DNA from: Phoronis australis
Taxonomy: Eukaryota; Animalia; Phoronida
Direction: 5' to 3'
Assembly: GCA_002633005.1 (NCBI GenBank)
Contig: NMRA01000038.1
Coordinates: forward strand, 80,112 to 144,111
DNA length: 64,000 bases
Below are positions 1 to 13,789 of the stretch, one piece after another (positions within the stretch are counted from its first letter, which is position 1; the number at the start of each line of letters is the position of its first letter). The notes beneath the pieces were generated by a model. The model had not been told where the DNA came from. It was given only the letters and a program-made list of their open reading frames with translations, and did no database searches. The position numbers and the translations under genes are program-made.

Positions 1-345
1 AAGAATACATTTGCTATATCTTGTTTTACTTGTATGTCACTGTTTCTACCAGTCTGTACTTCAGTTGCTAGTTAATTGATATACAGTGAAAACAAAATTG
101 GGAAACTGATCATACAGCCTTTAGCGCGTGTAACGAGGGTACTGTTTTCCAATCAACGACAGACTTTTCTTTGTCAAAAAGGCGGAAAATTATACAAGAA
201 AATGTAGTTTATTAGATTGTTTTCACTTAAAGGGCTGCAAGAGGCAAGGTGAGTGTCAGTTGACTCCCCGCCGGTCGTTAACTCTATATGTTGACGAGGC
301 GACGGGTAGAACTACCCGAGTTGTGTGAAATTTCTTGTTTTAACG

Positions 346-419
346 CATGGGAAGTACAGCACTTAAATTAGTGGTGGGGCTATAGCCCTCTCCCAACCTC
401 CTATGGTGCGCCACCCATG
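346..419. mobile_element. Tiny (~72 bp) MITE-like dispersed repeat, family A (CATGGG...CCCATG ends, central GGCTATAGCCC)
   Basis: Inverted ends catggg/cccatg. Related copies at ~424-475, ~1977-2017 (inverted, partial), 5036-5107 and ~46070-46155. No TSD seen. Confidence 0.55.
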
Positions 420-3199
420 TGACCAGGGGCGGCGCAGCACTGAAATAATTGGGAACTTTAGCCCCCAACCCCTTATAGTGTTAAACAGACCTCAACACAC
501 AGTGGTACCCTGCTGAATTTTGACAATAGCCTTCTTACAGCTAGTCGACAAACCAAACCTCAAAAAGGGTTGGAAGTTCGCACAGTGGATGTGTAGAATC
601 AAGTGCCATTAACATTTCATTTGAACTGTAGATTAAACATTACTTTGTACACTTCGGAATTGCGATCGTCTGAACACTTTCAATTTATGAAATAAAACGG
701 CGATTATAACTGCACGGAAATCAAGACATTTGAAACAATTTATTTACTCAAAAATTGGACTCTTAAATTTTCGCTTGTCATTCAGCCATTTGCAATTTTA
801 ACCTACTGATGAACTCATTAACTAAATGCATTCAATGGGATACGACGATTTTATTTGTTGTTCTTTGAGGAGGGCAATAAGAGGCGAAATATAATCTATA
901 AGACCGTTTGAGATTTTCTAAACGTGTCAAAGGAATTTGATTTGGTTAGTACTAACATACTGCACAAGAATTTTTCCCTCGTTCTTTTGGTTTATACCCA
1001 TTTCACCACGTAGTGAAAAGCAATCCGGGGGACCTTCAGCTCTCTGTAAGCCACATTTGCTTGTCGTGAACAATTTGTGTTGATTTACCATCTCTCAGCT
1101 TCCCGATTTATGGCCGGCCGTTCAACAGGTATGTTACATTTTTACAACCGATGGCATATGCTAAATTTTTGCATATATTGTAAATTAGCTTCAGATTGTA
1201 TGTAAGTCTTAACAACATCAGAAATACTGGATTTCTATGAAATTTCAGGTCTTGGAATACTTGCGTTCCTAAATCATTTCTTTCAAGACAATTCATGGGA
1301 AATCTTTAAACGAGCAATACTCCATTAAATTAGACGCTTGAATTAACGAGGACCTAAGATATTAATGTGCTTGGAGAATTAATCACTCTAGCCGTGGTAA
1401 TATACTTATAATTTTGAAGATGGTTATAAATCAGAAAACATTACCAGGGAGGGTCTTAACTTAAAATGACTAAACAACGATTTTACGAAAGTAATTGCAA
1501 AATTACTGCTTAACTGACAAGAAAATAATTTATGTCATTAGAAGGCGTCGACTATTGCCAACAGAGTTTGATCAGTTTCTTTATTGTTTTGGTTTTCAAA
1601 TAAACGGTGTAATTGTGCTGTGAGAATAATATCGCCAATGACGGCTCTCGGAAATTCCCGTACGCGTGTCCGTAATACCGCCGATGTGTACATATAGAAT
1701 GCGGTGCAATCAAATATAATTTCACCGGTATCCCGAAACGTTACCTAGAGTTCATGCAATCCGGATGACCTTTTGTCCCAAAGTTGATATTACGTAGAAC
1801 ACGCCTATGGTATCTGTGGTATAACTGAAACTGATTCGAAATATGCTGCTTATTGAGAAACACATGCCTTTTCTGCCGTAATTGTGCAGTGCAGTAGACA
1901 AGGATATGGTGGACCGGAGAAAGAAATGGCCATTCAATGGACCTTGTATTGCGAAGTCACTGTTAGCATGAGAAGATATGGGCGGCGCACCACAGGGGTC
2001 TGGAGGGGGCTATAGCCGATAAATGTCCATCAAAAATGATAGAAGAGAAACAGCCCATGGACTACAACTGTTGACAAATGAAGATTAATTTGTTTTAAGG
2101 CTTCCACTGGCGTTATCGGGGCTGAGTTCTGAAGACGCGAAAATCGGGCGGAGGAAGCTACAGGTACATGTACATGTACATGCAGTGGGATCGAGTGTTG
2201 CATTTTGTGGTGATTTCTCGCGAAATCTTGCGTTACATTGAGTTTTCACCAGGTTGTCGCGTCTACGGAACGCTCGCCTGAAAACTTGGAAAGGACGTAC
2301 GAGGGGTTGCAATGTTCGAGAATCTGGGAACACTTTACAAATCAACAGCTTAACATACATAAAATTGAAACGAATTTTGACCATGGTCAGGGCTTTTTGC
2401 AATGAACAATGGGCATGACCCCGTTGTGTCCCCACCCTCCCTAATCCTTTTTTACGTCGGTGATGGTACCCAAAACAACCGACAAAATGAAGTCGTACTG
2501 CTATTTCTCCCCTGTACCTATGTGTTTTCCAGTCCTCGCCCAAGGTGTAATTCCACCTGGACTGGTTAACATATTATTTGGTTTGCTTTCACAACCAAGG
2601 ATTCGAGTAACAAACGTGTGCTATTCCCCTTTTGTGGTAACGTCCGAAGCCCGAAATTGTACTGAGAATCAAACAGTTTCATTGGAAAACCTTCTATCCC
2701 ATGAATGCTGCGTGCTGAGATACAATAAGTATCCTTTACAGTCTTACAGCATGGTACCCAAGATATCACGACTGGGGTCTATTCTCCAAATTTGAATTAC
2801 TTTTCACAATTTCCCGGTTCTACTTTTGATTGAACTCAAGGAACATGTAGTGTCCATCATTCTGTACATTACGGTTTATTGCAGATAAGTATCTACATGT
2901 AGTCCAATTTTGCGCTTGAAGACCCCAAATTTAGAGGCAGAAACTCCAGTAAAACTCGAGATAGGAAAATGTCAAAAAGAATCTCGAGTTCGAGTTGGCA
3001 TACTAACATTTGACCTTTGACCCTGGTTATGGCAACAGTACAGCAAATCAAGTTTCTAAAAGCGTGCGCATTTTCGAAAAAGCACACTCGACGGTTTTAT
3101 GACTTGGGATTTTGTTCCCAAAATTGTGCATAGGCGCGTGTTCAGGAAAAGACTTCAACATAATCAGTGTTACAATGATTAAATTACTGACACATTTAA

Positions 3200-4594
3200 A
3201 AGTTCCTTTCTAGTTAAAGCTCGAGTCTGAGGTTACCCTAGAAATTTTTAACGTGGTATAATTTCCCAGCGGTTCTAATCAATTTTGCTTACGTCACTAC
3301 AGATGTGACGCCAGCGGACGAGATCATTTCGCGCCACCTTTGTTTTGGCGACAGTTCAACCTGAACATCTGTGGATTGTACAGTATGTTATTTAACAAAA
3401 AATACCGTTCGCTTTCAACGATTGTTTTGCAACAAACTAGATTGATTGAATTAGAACTCATATGAGTTGAATTTAGCCGGTTGGTCTGCAGTGGACAGTA
3501 TGGCCGAGTGGGAAACCTCAACTTGACTCTCAGTAACGGAGCAATGGTAGAAAGTGGAAATAAGCGCATATTCGTTTATACTGGCATAGACGGAAGCTAG
3601 TGCACAGGCCCAGGCAACGTTTGAGCCGAGTGGAGGTCGAAGAAAGACACTTGGACTCCCACTGAGTTGACACCGCACCTAACAATTCCCTCACTGTACT
3701 CCTGGCACATTCGAAACAACAATAGCTTTTAGATCAAATCAACGATGAATTTTTCAAAAGCCGCCTCCAAGGCCTGTTCACTAAATCCGGACGACTCACT
3801 GCTCTCAACTGATTGTGAGCTGGGTCTGTATTCACAGCCACTATTGATCATCGCTTCAGGGTTGCTTATGTGCTCTAGTTGGGCCGGAAACACCACCAAC
3901 ACATGGTGAAACTGTGATTGGTTTCGTCATGGGCTCTGCGGTGGCTCTGACACACGGGTGTGACAACAGCTTCTTGTGCGTAACTGCCGTGGCTGCAACT
4001 TGGAACGCTTCCCGTTTCAAAACGCAATCCGAGCACGTAGCGATGTACATGTAACAGAGCCGAACGTACAATGTAAGTATCGAGGGAATAACATCCTTCT
4101 CCAAAATGTGTCTTGGAGGTACTTTCATGTGCTCTACATGACTGATGGTACAAAATGTTAATATTTTTGCGCAGCTTTAGCTGAGACATGGACAGTCGAT
4201 GCTCCATTCTCTCTCGGACGAGCCAACTTCGACGTATCTGGCCTTCCATGGGAAATCTGTGAACTTCTGGAAACATATACTCAATGACAGCCCATAATGC
4301 GTGCATCTAAGTTCAGGAACAAACTGTAGTCGATTAAAGGTCTAACTTGTTGCAAGCTAACACACTGACGCACCCGATGCCAGACAAAGTCCTGCGTGCA
4401 TGGAAACACAATGACGCACCCCGCTGTGACCGGATCGATGGAAGGAATCGATTTGGTCTGCGGTCATAACATTCGGTGTGACGCATGCGGAAATAACTTA
4501 GAACCCGGAAAATCAATTTAAGTTAAAAAATTATCCAGGATAACCCGAAAATCGTGTTTTAAATAAAATAACCCTAAAACGGTTGCTTTTCCCT
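3200..4594 (-). mobile_element. Decayed, internally deleted THAP-bearing DNA transposon (Kolobok-like)
   Basis: Minus-strand pieces read CVSVLAC / VHRFPMEGQIRRSWLVR / LRFETGSVPS (THAP-like), then ...EKFIVDLI*KLLLFRMC. The reverse complement of 4515-4594 (agggaaaagcaaccgtttt...ggttatcctggataattttttaactt) resembles the element end at 63522-63600 and, in part, 3205-3255. The left boundary is approximate. Confidence 0.5.
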
Positions 4595-5035
4595 TCGAGT
4601 TGTGAAATATCATTTGTTGGCATCATTAAATACAGAAGGCTGCTTATAATGACACATGCCATTGTACCTTTTTCTAAGTTCAGTGCCTTTACACATTAAA
4701 AAAGAAAATGGTACTGGTCCTCAATTAAATTAGGACAGAAAGGGCACAGTCTCTTCTGACTCGTTATTATATAAGAGAGAACTTCAGGAAGAATACTTGA
4801 ACTCGGAGAACAATCCAGTTTAATTGTTAAAAAGTTGAAAAATACAGTATCAGGAACAATTTTTTGCGTCTGATGCGCCCGTCGGTATAGGCAAGTACCG
4901 AAACCCGGAAGGAGAACTCTGCTCCTCTGGGGAGGAACACTTAGTCGCCTACAAATCTTGAATACATGAAATTCGTGAGACCATTTTCCTGACACTAGCC
5001 AATCCCAGATATTCCGCCAAATAAACTCCAGTTTA

Positions 5036-5107
5036 CATGGGCGGCGCAACACTGAAAAAAGCGGGGGTCTATAGCCCGCCCCAGCACCGTATGGTGCACG
5101 GACCATG
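5036..5107. mobile_element. Tiny MITE-like repeat, family A
   Basis: catgggcggcgca...ctatagccc...tatggtgcacggaccatg; same layout as 346-419. Confidence 0.55.
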
Positions 5108-7342
5108 GTTTGCTACATTCCTCCCGGTTACGCGCCTCATTTTAGTCAGTTGCGTTTTCAATTAATTAATCGCCGACTTTTTTCTTAGACAACGGTGATT
5201 ATTGATTGTAAAAATGTTTTGTCTAATAAATGAAATTTAAAGTTAATTTAGTAAAAGGTTAACTTTTAGCGGCGAGGTGATTCATGGCATTTCCCGGTTG
5301 TCTTCATAGCTGTGGTGGCTGAACGGTAAAGATTAAGCACACGTGCGTGTTTTTATAATTCAGGTGAGGAGCGCGCTGTTTGTGTTGTTGAAAAATTAAC
5401 GTGTGTGTTTGTTTTTATTTTTCTTTTTGTTTAGCTTTAAATCTTAACATTTTAACGGCCGACAACGGGTGACAAGGCCGGTGTCTGTTTTCTGCCAAGC
5501 GAACTAAGTCTTGTAAATCGCACTGTCAGTTGCCGCGGCAATTACAGGCACCTTCTGCATTTTGATTCCAATTTCACGTTGGAGCAGTGAAGAAAGTACA
5601 TTTAATGACCTTAAAAATTTTCCCCAATGGTATTACCGGATTGTGTTCTTCAGTTGGAATTCGCAGTACCTTCGCGATGAGTCATGGCAGTGAGTGCTAG
5701 CAGTGGGGAGTGTGACGTTTTTACCACTTCAACTGACAATTATGTTAAATACTCTTCATAGTCAAACAGAGGGCTAAACATTTGGACAATAGGCAACCAA
5801 ATGTGTTTAAGAAGATCAAACATTGAATAAAAAATCTCCTGTGCTCATAATCAAACAATGGCGTTACGTTCAGAACGACTCTTTCCTGTTTCTCATCCGT
5901 CCTTCGTATTTTGGGTCTGTCTTTCCCGTCAGCAGATCCGACGTTCCAAAATCGTCGTTCCTACCGGCAGTCCGAACTTCAAATTGTAACACACATGAAA
6001 ACTTCATTCATGAAGCCCATACCCCATTCCCAGATACCACGGTGAGAACTGTATTCTGTTACGTGTAATCCAGATGGCAAAATATCCAAGTTTACATGAC
6101 TTCGAACTCCATATCTCATTAATAGCTGATCGAATTCAAGGTGCAGCGTTCTTCTTAGGATTGCTGTTTTTTTCAAAATATTCCAGTATTGCGTGATGGG
6201 CTATTAAATGTCTGTTTTTAGCAAATGATATAAATAAATAAAAGTTTCATAAAGCACAAAGGAAATGATTGGCCGCTAGAAAAGTCTAACAGCATATAAC
6301 AATACTTTATGTCAAAAGAATTGTTACCGTTTCTTTTGGTTTAATGTAGATAAAAAATGGTCACGCGACCTGACATGTCAGAATGATACACCGTCAATAT
6401 GGCAAACTTGCTGAAGTTGTACTTTTACTGATTTCACTAATATTGTATTGTACGTAAACTGCTCAAAAAGTAGGTGTACCATTCGTTTTTTGCTCATAAT
6501 TTTCTAGAAGTTGAGCAACTGGTCAAATGTCATATATGCAGAAGCTCAATAGGAAAGTCCATGTATATCGTAGGGGGTGTTTGTCCTTTGGTAAAATACT
6601 CGGTTTGAACAAAAAACACTAGTCACGAAATGGATGATTTAAGTGGTGGTATGCTGTTTCAGAGGGTTGATTTTAGTTTTGAATATTATTGGTGCATTTA
6701 ATTTCCAATGACGACAATCACAAATTCAAATCTCACAGACGTGTCGCGAGGTTTTCGTTGCCCTGGTAGCAACTAGCTTTGTATGCGGCTAAATATTTAT
6801 GGGCTTGGGACGCTTGTCAAAAACTAGTGGCTTATTGAAATGTCTTGTACTTTCTGACGCGCTGGGTGAGAGACTAAACTATTGTATCACGGTGTGCATG
6901 GGTTTGAAACGCCATCGTCTTGCGTCTTTAGTAACCTGGTCCAGTGCTGAGTAAATAGTATGTAGAGGACTGTTTAGAACATTTTCATTGGATCACATCA
7001 CACAGCTACAGAAATGTATTTCAGAATCTTGCTCAAATAACTTAAGTTTATTCCACTGAAAGGGGACCTAAACAGGCCTCGGAACATGTTAAATGTGAGT
7101 CAGGTTTCTGAACTCGGAAACCCACATTGTTAAATCAGTCATTTTTACTCGTTTTCTGGTTAACGAATTTCCACGAAACCGTGTTCTCTCAACGTATGTC
7201 TAAAATGTCACAATTCAAGTTTTCAGGGAATTTCCTACTGAACGCATGCATTACGCATGAATTGTCTCCATGTTCTCGATTTCCTAGAAGTTAGGTGCGA
7301 AAAATAAAATAGTGTGTTTACTTGTCTGCTAAATACACGGAC

Positions 7343-7522
7343 TTGTCGTTGAGGTTAGAATTTAACGCAAACACATTTTAGGATTTCTAAAGCACTTCCA
7401 TTGTCGTTGAGGTTAGAATTTAACGCAAACACATTTTAGGATTTCTAAAGCACTTCCATTGTCGTTGAGGTTAGAATTTAACGCAAACACATTTTAGGAT
7501 TTCTAAAGCACTTCCATTGTCG
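7343..7522. repeat. Perfect tandem repeat, 58-bp unit x ~3.1
   Basis: ttgtcgttgaggttagaatttaacgcaaacacattttaggatttctaaagcacttcca starts at 7343, 7401 and 7459; partial copy at 7517. Confidence 0.95.
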
Positions 7523-9949
7523 ATCCACATTTAGCATGTCAACAATATCGTTAAATAGAGTGTTTAGGAACATAAATGGGACGGTTAGAAACATTTAACG
7601 CGTTTATCCTTTCCGGAAGGTGTTTAACAATATATAAAATGACTTAAATATTATCGATTTTGTATAAAATCGTGAGCAAATAGAGATGGATATATCAATT
7701 CAAACGTTTATAAAAGTGGTCGCTTTAAGCGTTGAATAAATCCAGTTTTTGACAAATTCTGGATCACCTGACAGCATGTCTGTGAGTATCAAGATCAAAG
7801 CGGTGGATCACCTCGCTACATGTATTGTGCCCCTTTTAGTGAGTGGACATGCTGCTGAAAATCACTTCATAATGACCAGAGCCTTTTACTGGCTCGCCTG
7901 GCTTGAGATTGTGTATGTCCTTGTCGACACGCCTGCGTCACTAGCCATTTATCTAACAGTGTACAAAACTACAGATTTTTAATTCGGTAAAAGTGTATTA
8001 TTTATGTATATTTAGTTGAAAGTCTGTAGAATTTATTTTTACTTTATACCAATATGCCATTAAATGAGTTACGTGGACTTGTACTTTTCTGTAAAGTTTA
8101 GCGACAAAAGGTACAAGCACGTGCAAACAGCTGTATCCAAAATATGGGAAGGTTCCAAGTAAAATCTCAGACTTGATAAATTATCGTTTTGCTTTTGTTT
8201 TATGTAAGTTTTTGGGGTTTTTTTTTGCTTAAAAATCGTGAAAATTCTATTCTAATAACCCCTCATGCAAAAGTGAAACTTTTTAAAACGAGGAAGTTAA
8301 AAAGAAGAATGGCACTAGGGTGCATCGTGAAACGTGTTTGGAAGGTTTGGCAAAATTCGTTGTTTTTGTGTTTGTTTTCTACTTCATGCTTCTAACTTGT
8401 CCAAAACATTTCTGAGAACAGTGCATAAAGCACGGAATCTCAAAGTTTCGCATGTTGAGATATGTTCTGAACTTACAGCTAAATCTGGATTTTTTTCTAG
8501 GGCCGTACATAACTGGCGTTAATATTCACGGTTTTATCCTTAGGATACTTCATATATACATGTACATGTATATATCGTTTCCAACTATGCCCTTACACAT
8601 GAGGCACAAACAAAAAGTCAAAAACAGCATTCCGTGTACTTGGGGGAGGACACGCTAACAAAATAAGTCATGGATCCATCCACGAGACACTGCCGGTATC
8701 CTTATTTCAACCGAGGACTTTAAAACATGATGACAATCCTAAAACTACTAAAGCCTCCGCTTGTTGAGTTATACTTTTGATCTTTTCCTGGATATCGTTT
8801 TATAATTATCAATTCGATCAATTTATGCTATGCACGTGTTTGACTGTCAAACAATTTTCTGCCGTACACTGTTTAAGCGTTCCACTTACCTCAGCATTTT
8901 TAATCGATGATACCAGTTGAGATCATTTCCCATTGATAGAATGTTCCAATCGCATAAGTTTAAACTGACGGTCCTCATAATGGTGACTGAGTAATTTGCT
9001 ACCTGTTTAACTTAAATACTATTTCCCAACAGGTAAAACACCAATTGATCACCGCGCATCAGTCATCGCTGAATCCGGGTCTTAAAGCCACGCTTAAAAA
9101 TAGACCGCCGGATGTGAGAGTGCGCGAGGCATGTTCAGGTTGCATTAAACCTGGGTCTACATTACGGTGTTACATGTAACCCATGTGTCTGAATTTTGTT
9201 AAAAGTGACTGGTGGTTAACACCCATGCACGCTGTCGGTCAGGGATTTTGATTTTGTGAGATTCATTTGAAATATTTCCAAAGTGCATGTACTTGTGTCA
9301 TCAGAAACCATACAATCAAATGCACAAATCATCGGCTCCTGTGCTACATGTGTGCCGAAAGAAAAAATGACAAGATATATTTTCAAAAGGTTTTATACAT
9401 TATCTCTGTTGCTAAAGCTACAGACATTATAAAATTAGTAGCATCACCAATGCACAAATGTAAAGAAATATCTCAATTGTTCACTGGCATTGTGATGTAG
9501 AAAATAAACAAACTTAGATGTTCAAATCTATACTGTGCTTCTGGGCACTTTGAGCGTAATCAGAAAAATATAAAACATGTCGTTACTTAATTAAGCCGTA
9601 ATCTTATTGACTTATAATAAGCATATAAGCTTTTACGTGAGTGAAACTCGTATCAATCTTCATTACTACAAACAAAACGATGAATACACTTAATTACCAG
9701 AGATCGGTTAATCCGCGGCATATACCTGGCGCCGTCGTGGGAAGGTAGCTATTATTCTTTGCCGACAGCTCCCCGTCTCCTTGCGCCTCAAGGAAATTCC
9801 AGTCCATGTTTTACTTTGAAGTAGTTATTGGGATGCTTTTAAATATTGGATTTCTTGTCTATTTGACTCTTTAAACTAATGTGAAATGACTGCAAATTTA
9901 AATTACGCAACCACAACGTGGTGTAAACATTTGCACTTTTACCATCTTC

Positions 9950-10160
9950 TGCCCTCCTACCATTCATGCTTCCCTCAACCCCTGCCTCCACCCTCCTCTC
10001 CTTCCCTCCCTGCCTCCCTCCTTCCCTGCCTCNNNNNNNNNNNNNNNNNNNNNNNNNNNNNNNNNNNNNNNNNNNNNNNNNNNNNNNNNNNNNNNNNNNN
10101 NNNNNNNNNNNNNNNNNNNNNNNNNNNNNNCTCTCCCTCCATCCCACTCCCTCCCTGCGT
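9950..10160. repeat. CCCT/CCTC-rich simple repeat spanning an N gap (10033-10130)
   Basis: Polypyrimidine microsatellite on both sides of the N run. Confidence 0.85.
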
Positions 10161-13100
10161 TCCCCCTGTTCATCTCATTCTTTACAACATTTTTGTGCAC
10201 CTTCAAAGAACCATGAAATCTAGATATTTTACAAAGCATAATGCATATCACCAATTACGAACGATTATTACAAAATTAAAATTTTTCTATATGTAGGTAA
10301 TCTTTGTTTGACTAATTATTGGAAATTGGCTTATCATATAACGTTACCTTTGCGTGTATATCACCCATTGTTTACGAGTCCTGCAGCGTTTAAAGTCTAC
10401 ACCAGCTTTCCGTTGACTGTGCAACGACTTCCTGATTTGCATAAATGAAATTTCGTCATCAAGTGGGCTTGTGTTAAAGATTTCGTTGTTATTAAAATAA
10501 ATATCAATTTCCCATAGTATGCACGCCCCGCTATTTTTAGAGACGATTCCACTACGAGAGCGGCCTGCCATGATGCATGTAAAAGCGCTAAGATTTTGTT
10601 ATTTTGCAATTCAAATTTTCATAACACATTTGGAACGTCTGCTGTGGAATACGACTCAGTCATTCATTTGACACAATCGAACTTATCGTTTTAGTCGTGT
10701 ATGAATCCCCATGCACCTGTATATCAAATACCTCGCACTCTGGTGGAACACAATAGTTCTTTTTTGAACCACGGTTAAATTTGCATCACCCCCCTCCCGA
10801 TCCCCCGAGTTTCATTGGCAGCTGCTGATTGGCTAGGCATTTTAGGTTTTGTGGTACATGAGAAGGCTGTGGATGGGATTTGTTTGATGTTTGAGTCTGC
10901 TCTCGGTGAAAGATTGCCAGTTGTTGACCCTTGGTCCACTTTTTGCCCAGTGACTCGTGGCTTTTCTGAGTGTCACCTCGTGTGTTTTGCGTGTATCTGC
11001 GCGTGTGTTCAAACTCTTAGCTAATTAGCTATAGGCGGCTGTGAATGGCTTAACAAGAAATGAGTGTTGAACTTGGACAGAAGTGACAGTTTGCTGCTTC
11101 TTGAGACCATTATGGCTGTATACACAAAAATGCCATGATAAACTATTGCATTGAGCCTTATCGCGCATGCGTTAACGAAATGTCAGTTCGCCCCAAGCCC
11201 AAAATCACGTCGAATCTAAGTGAAGAACCTGTCGGAGCCAGTTGCAGTGCCGTAAGTGATCTATGGTCAAAGTATGATAATTAGATACATCTTCATAATT
11301 ATCAATTTTTAAAATCGCCACGTGCTAAAGTAGTCAAATGGGTAGAATTTACTGCACTAAGCAGGGTTTTCTTGAACATCTGTCTGTATACTTGTTCCAA
11401 AAAATAAAGAGAACTCTGTCGCGGACGGAGTTTAATTATCCCATTTACAACACACAAAATTCCTACATGAAGTTTCAATTTAAAAGTGATGTTGATGCAG
11501 TAATGATATCTCCCAAACACTAAAGAAAAATGCGGTGAATTCCATTATCTCAAGTACCATTTCTCTAATTACCGAGTCACTTTGTTCGTCCGTGACCTTT
11601 TATGTATCAACCTCCTTACTGTCTAATAACAGCATCATAGAAATAATGATATATTAAAGATTGAAAATAATCGAATTGCCATTATTTGAATTAAAGTACT
11701 ATATGGTCATGTCGCCCACGGAAGTTTTTGTCACAGACGTATTTTCGGCAAGTACATTTGAACATAAATTATTTAAATAAAGCCTTTATTTCTTCAATTC
11801 ACGTAAACTATGCATCATAAATATGAATGATATCAGGAAAGCATTACCTGATAATACGCAATAAAATTAAAAAGGTAATTTGCTTAACAATAAATTACTT
11901 TTACCTGATTCTAAAAATTCATTTTTCCATTTGCAACATGGAGATAGGAAATAGAGTTTAATTATGTTTCACTGCAAGATGATTCTGAGAACAGTGGATG
12001 AAACATTAGATTAATCACCAACATTCTTAAAATAAAAAATAATTACGAAAATGCTACCCACACAAAGGTGAAAAAGTGGAAATTCTGCATGGTTCAAATA
12101 GATAGAAGTCTGGATATTTTAATACTTGTTCTGTGCAAGAAACAGTATACAGGTGTTAAACTTCGAAGTAATTTTTTATTAGTTGTTTAACTTAATTTAA
12201 ATAACCATCAACGTATCAACATCTAAGTTGGTGCAGGGTAAAACTGCAACATGAAGGGTAAAATGCTTACTAGCTCCAACTTGTCATACTGGGTTTATCT
12301 TTCGGAACATAATCGGCAAGAAAGGGATTTTGTGAAATCGAACGTGGAATCCCCACTGTGGCAAGCAAACGCTGCGGGCAGAGCTCAGTCCCACTGAATA
12401 GAAAGCCGGAACTAACAAAGTCATCGGCCTTGATGTCCGCGAATATCTGGTGGTGACAATGGGTGGTTTTTAATGCAATCAAAAAGTGAACGAACTCTGT
12501 GTTTTAATCGTAAAACCGTTAATACCTCTTGAAGGCATAGTTTTGGAAACTGGTCTACATTCAAAGCTGGCTCGGAACATGCAGATGTCAAAACTTATTT
12601 TAGTCAGAAATTTTGCTTAAAATGTATCTGGACAAGTTTTGCATCCGAGATAACATCGTGACAGCGCAAGATTACTTAAGACTTCGCAAAGCGTATCAAG
12701 CGAAGCACGGGATCACGCAATCTTCGTTCACGAGATTAACGAGTAAACAGAAGTCAATTACCCAGATTTATCGAAACCATTTCATACATGAACGATCGAC
12801 CGGATGATTAATTCAATTAATTGGTGGCTTGGTGCTGATCTGTATTTTTTGAAGATAGAGTCGTTGGTGCGACATGTTTCCCTCGTTTTTGTGTATTTTA
12901 CGGATTTTCATTTATTACCACCAATTTTCTATATATCCCCGTCATTCGTAATGTCGCTATGGCTAATTTACTTTGATGCGTTCTTGGTTTCGGTTTCGGT
13001 CCCTCATTGGAGGCAGACAGATTCTGTTGATTTTGCGGTACTGTGTCATATAAATGAAAGTTGATTAAGTTTCATTTGATATTATTCCACAATATTAGCG

Positions 13101-13171
13101 TCAAATAGCAACTGTAAGCGTGTACTAACCCATTTAGTTATCTAACTAGAGAAATAACATTTTGGCGGGAA

Positions 13172-13240
13172 ACCGAGGCCGGTTTCGAACCCGGGCCTCA
13201 GGAGTTACGACTCACCGACTTTGCCACTACACTACTCAGC
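13172..13240 (-). pseudogene. tRNA-like sequence (tRNA pseudogene or SINE head)
   Basis: Reverse complement GCTGAGTAGTGTAGTGGCAAA...GGGTTCGAAACCGGCCTCGGT has an A box, a B box and about 6/7 acceptor-stem pairs, but an irregular anticodon arm. Confidence 0.5.
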
Positions 13241-13789
13241 AGCTGACGTCATCGAACGTGAAAATAGAAATTCTATTTAATACTTAAATGAGCACGCGCA
13301 ACAATCGCATGTTCAGCAAAGGGCACTGCACCGACATTTATACACTATGAAAAATAAGACTCATAATTTCCATAAAAACGATATTTTAATTCAGTGAATT
13401 TTTTCTCTCTTGTTCTCTCACTTGTAAATCACCGATCTCCAGTTTGAAGGCGGGTATCGTGTCGTCGGGATCCTTTGACTTGAGCATTATAGTGAGTTAC
13501 TGGTGGTAATCTACTTTAGCAGACGATATTTTCCCGGTCGAAGCTTAGCGTGATAAAATGTGTAGTACGCTATGATAGTTGCTAAACCTTAATTTATAGA
13601 TTCACTTTATTTCTGTGTTGTTTAAATTTTCAATCGGTTTTGAGTAAAAGCATTATTTGACAAAAATAGCTCGGCTTTTCTTAAAAGGTCACGACTTCCG
13701 ACCCCGGGCCTGTGACATAGAAAGTAGTTACAAAGCCGAGGCGAGTCGAGAAATGTAGATCGATTTATTGCAATGTTTCTCGTTCAGTA

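Noticed and set aside
7343-7522. Possible CRISPR-like array
   Set aside because: Head-to-tail identical units without unique spacers, in a eukaryotic context.
9839-10296. ORFs spanning N runs (also 14517-15020 and 45366-45719)
   Set aside because: Artefacts of assembly gaps and simple repeats.
12270-12482. Minus-strand ORF ending at a GTAAGC donor; similar isolated donors near 8885 and 24670 might be exons of a host gene
   Set aside because: No homology and no consistent exon chain could be built; needs transcript data.
13172-13240. Functional tRNA gene
   Set aside because: The anticodon and D arms are irregular; kept only as a tRNA-derived relic.
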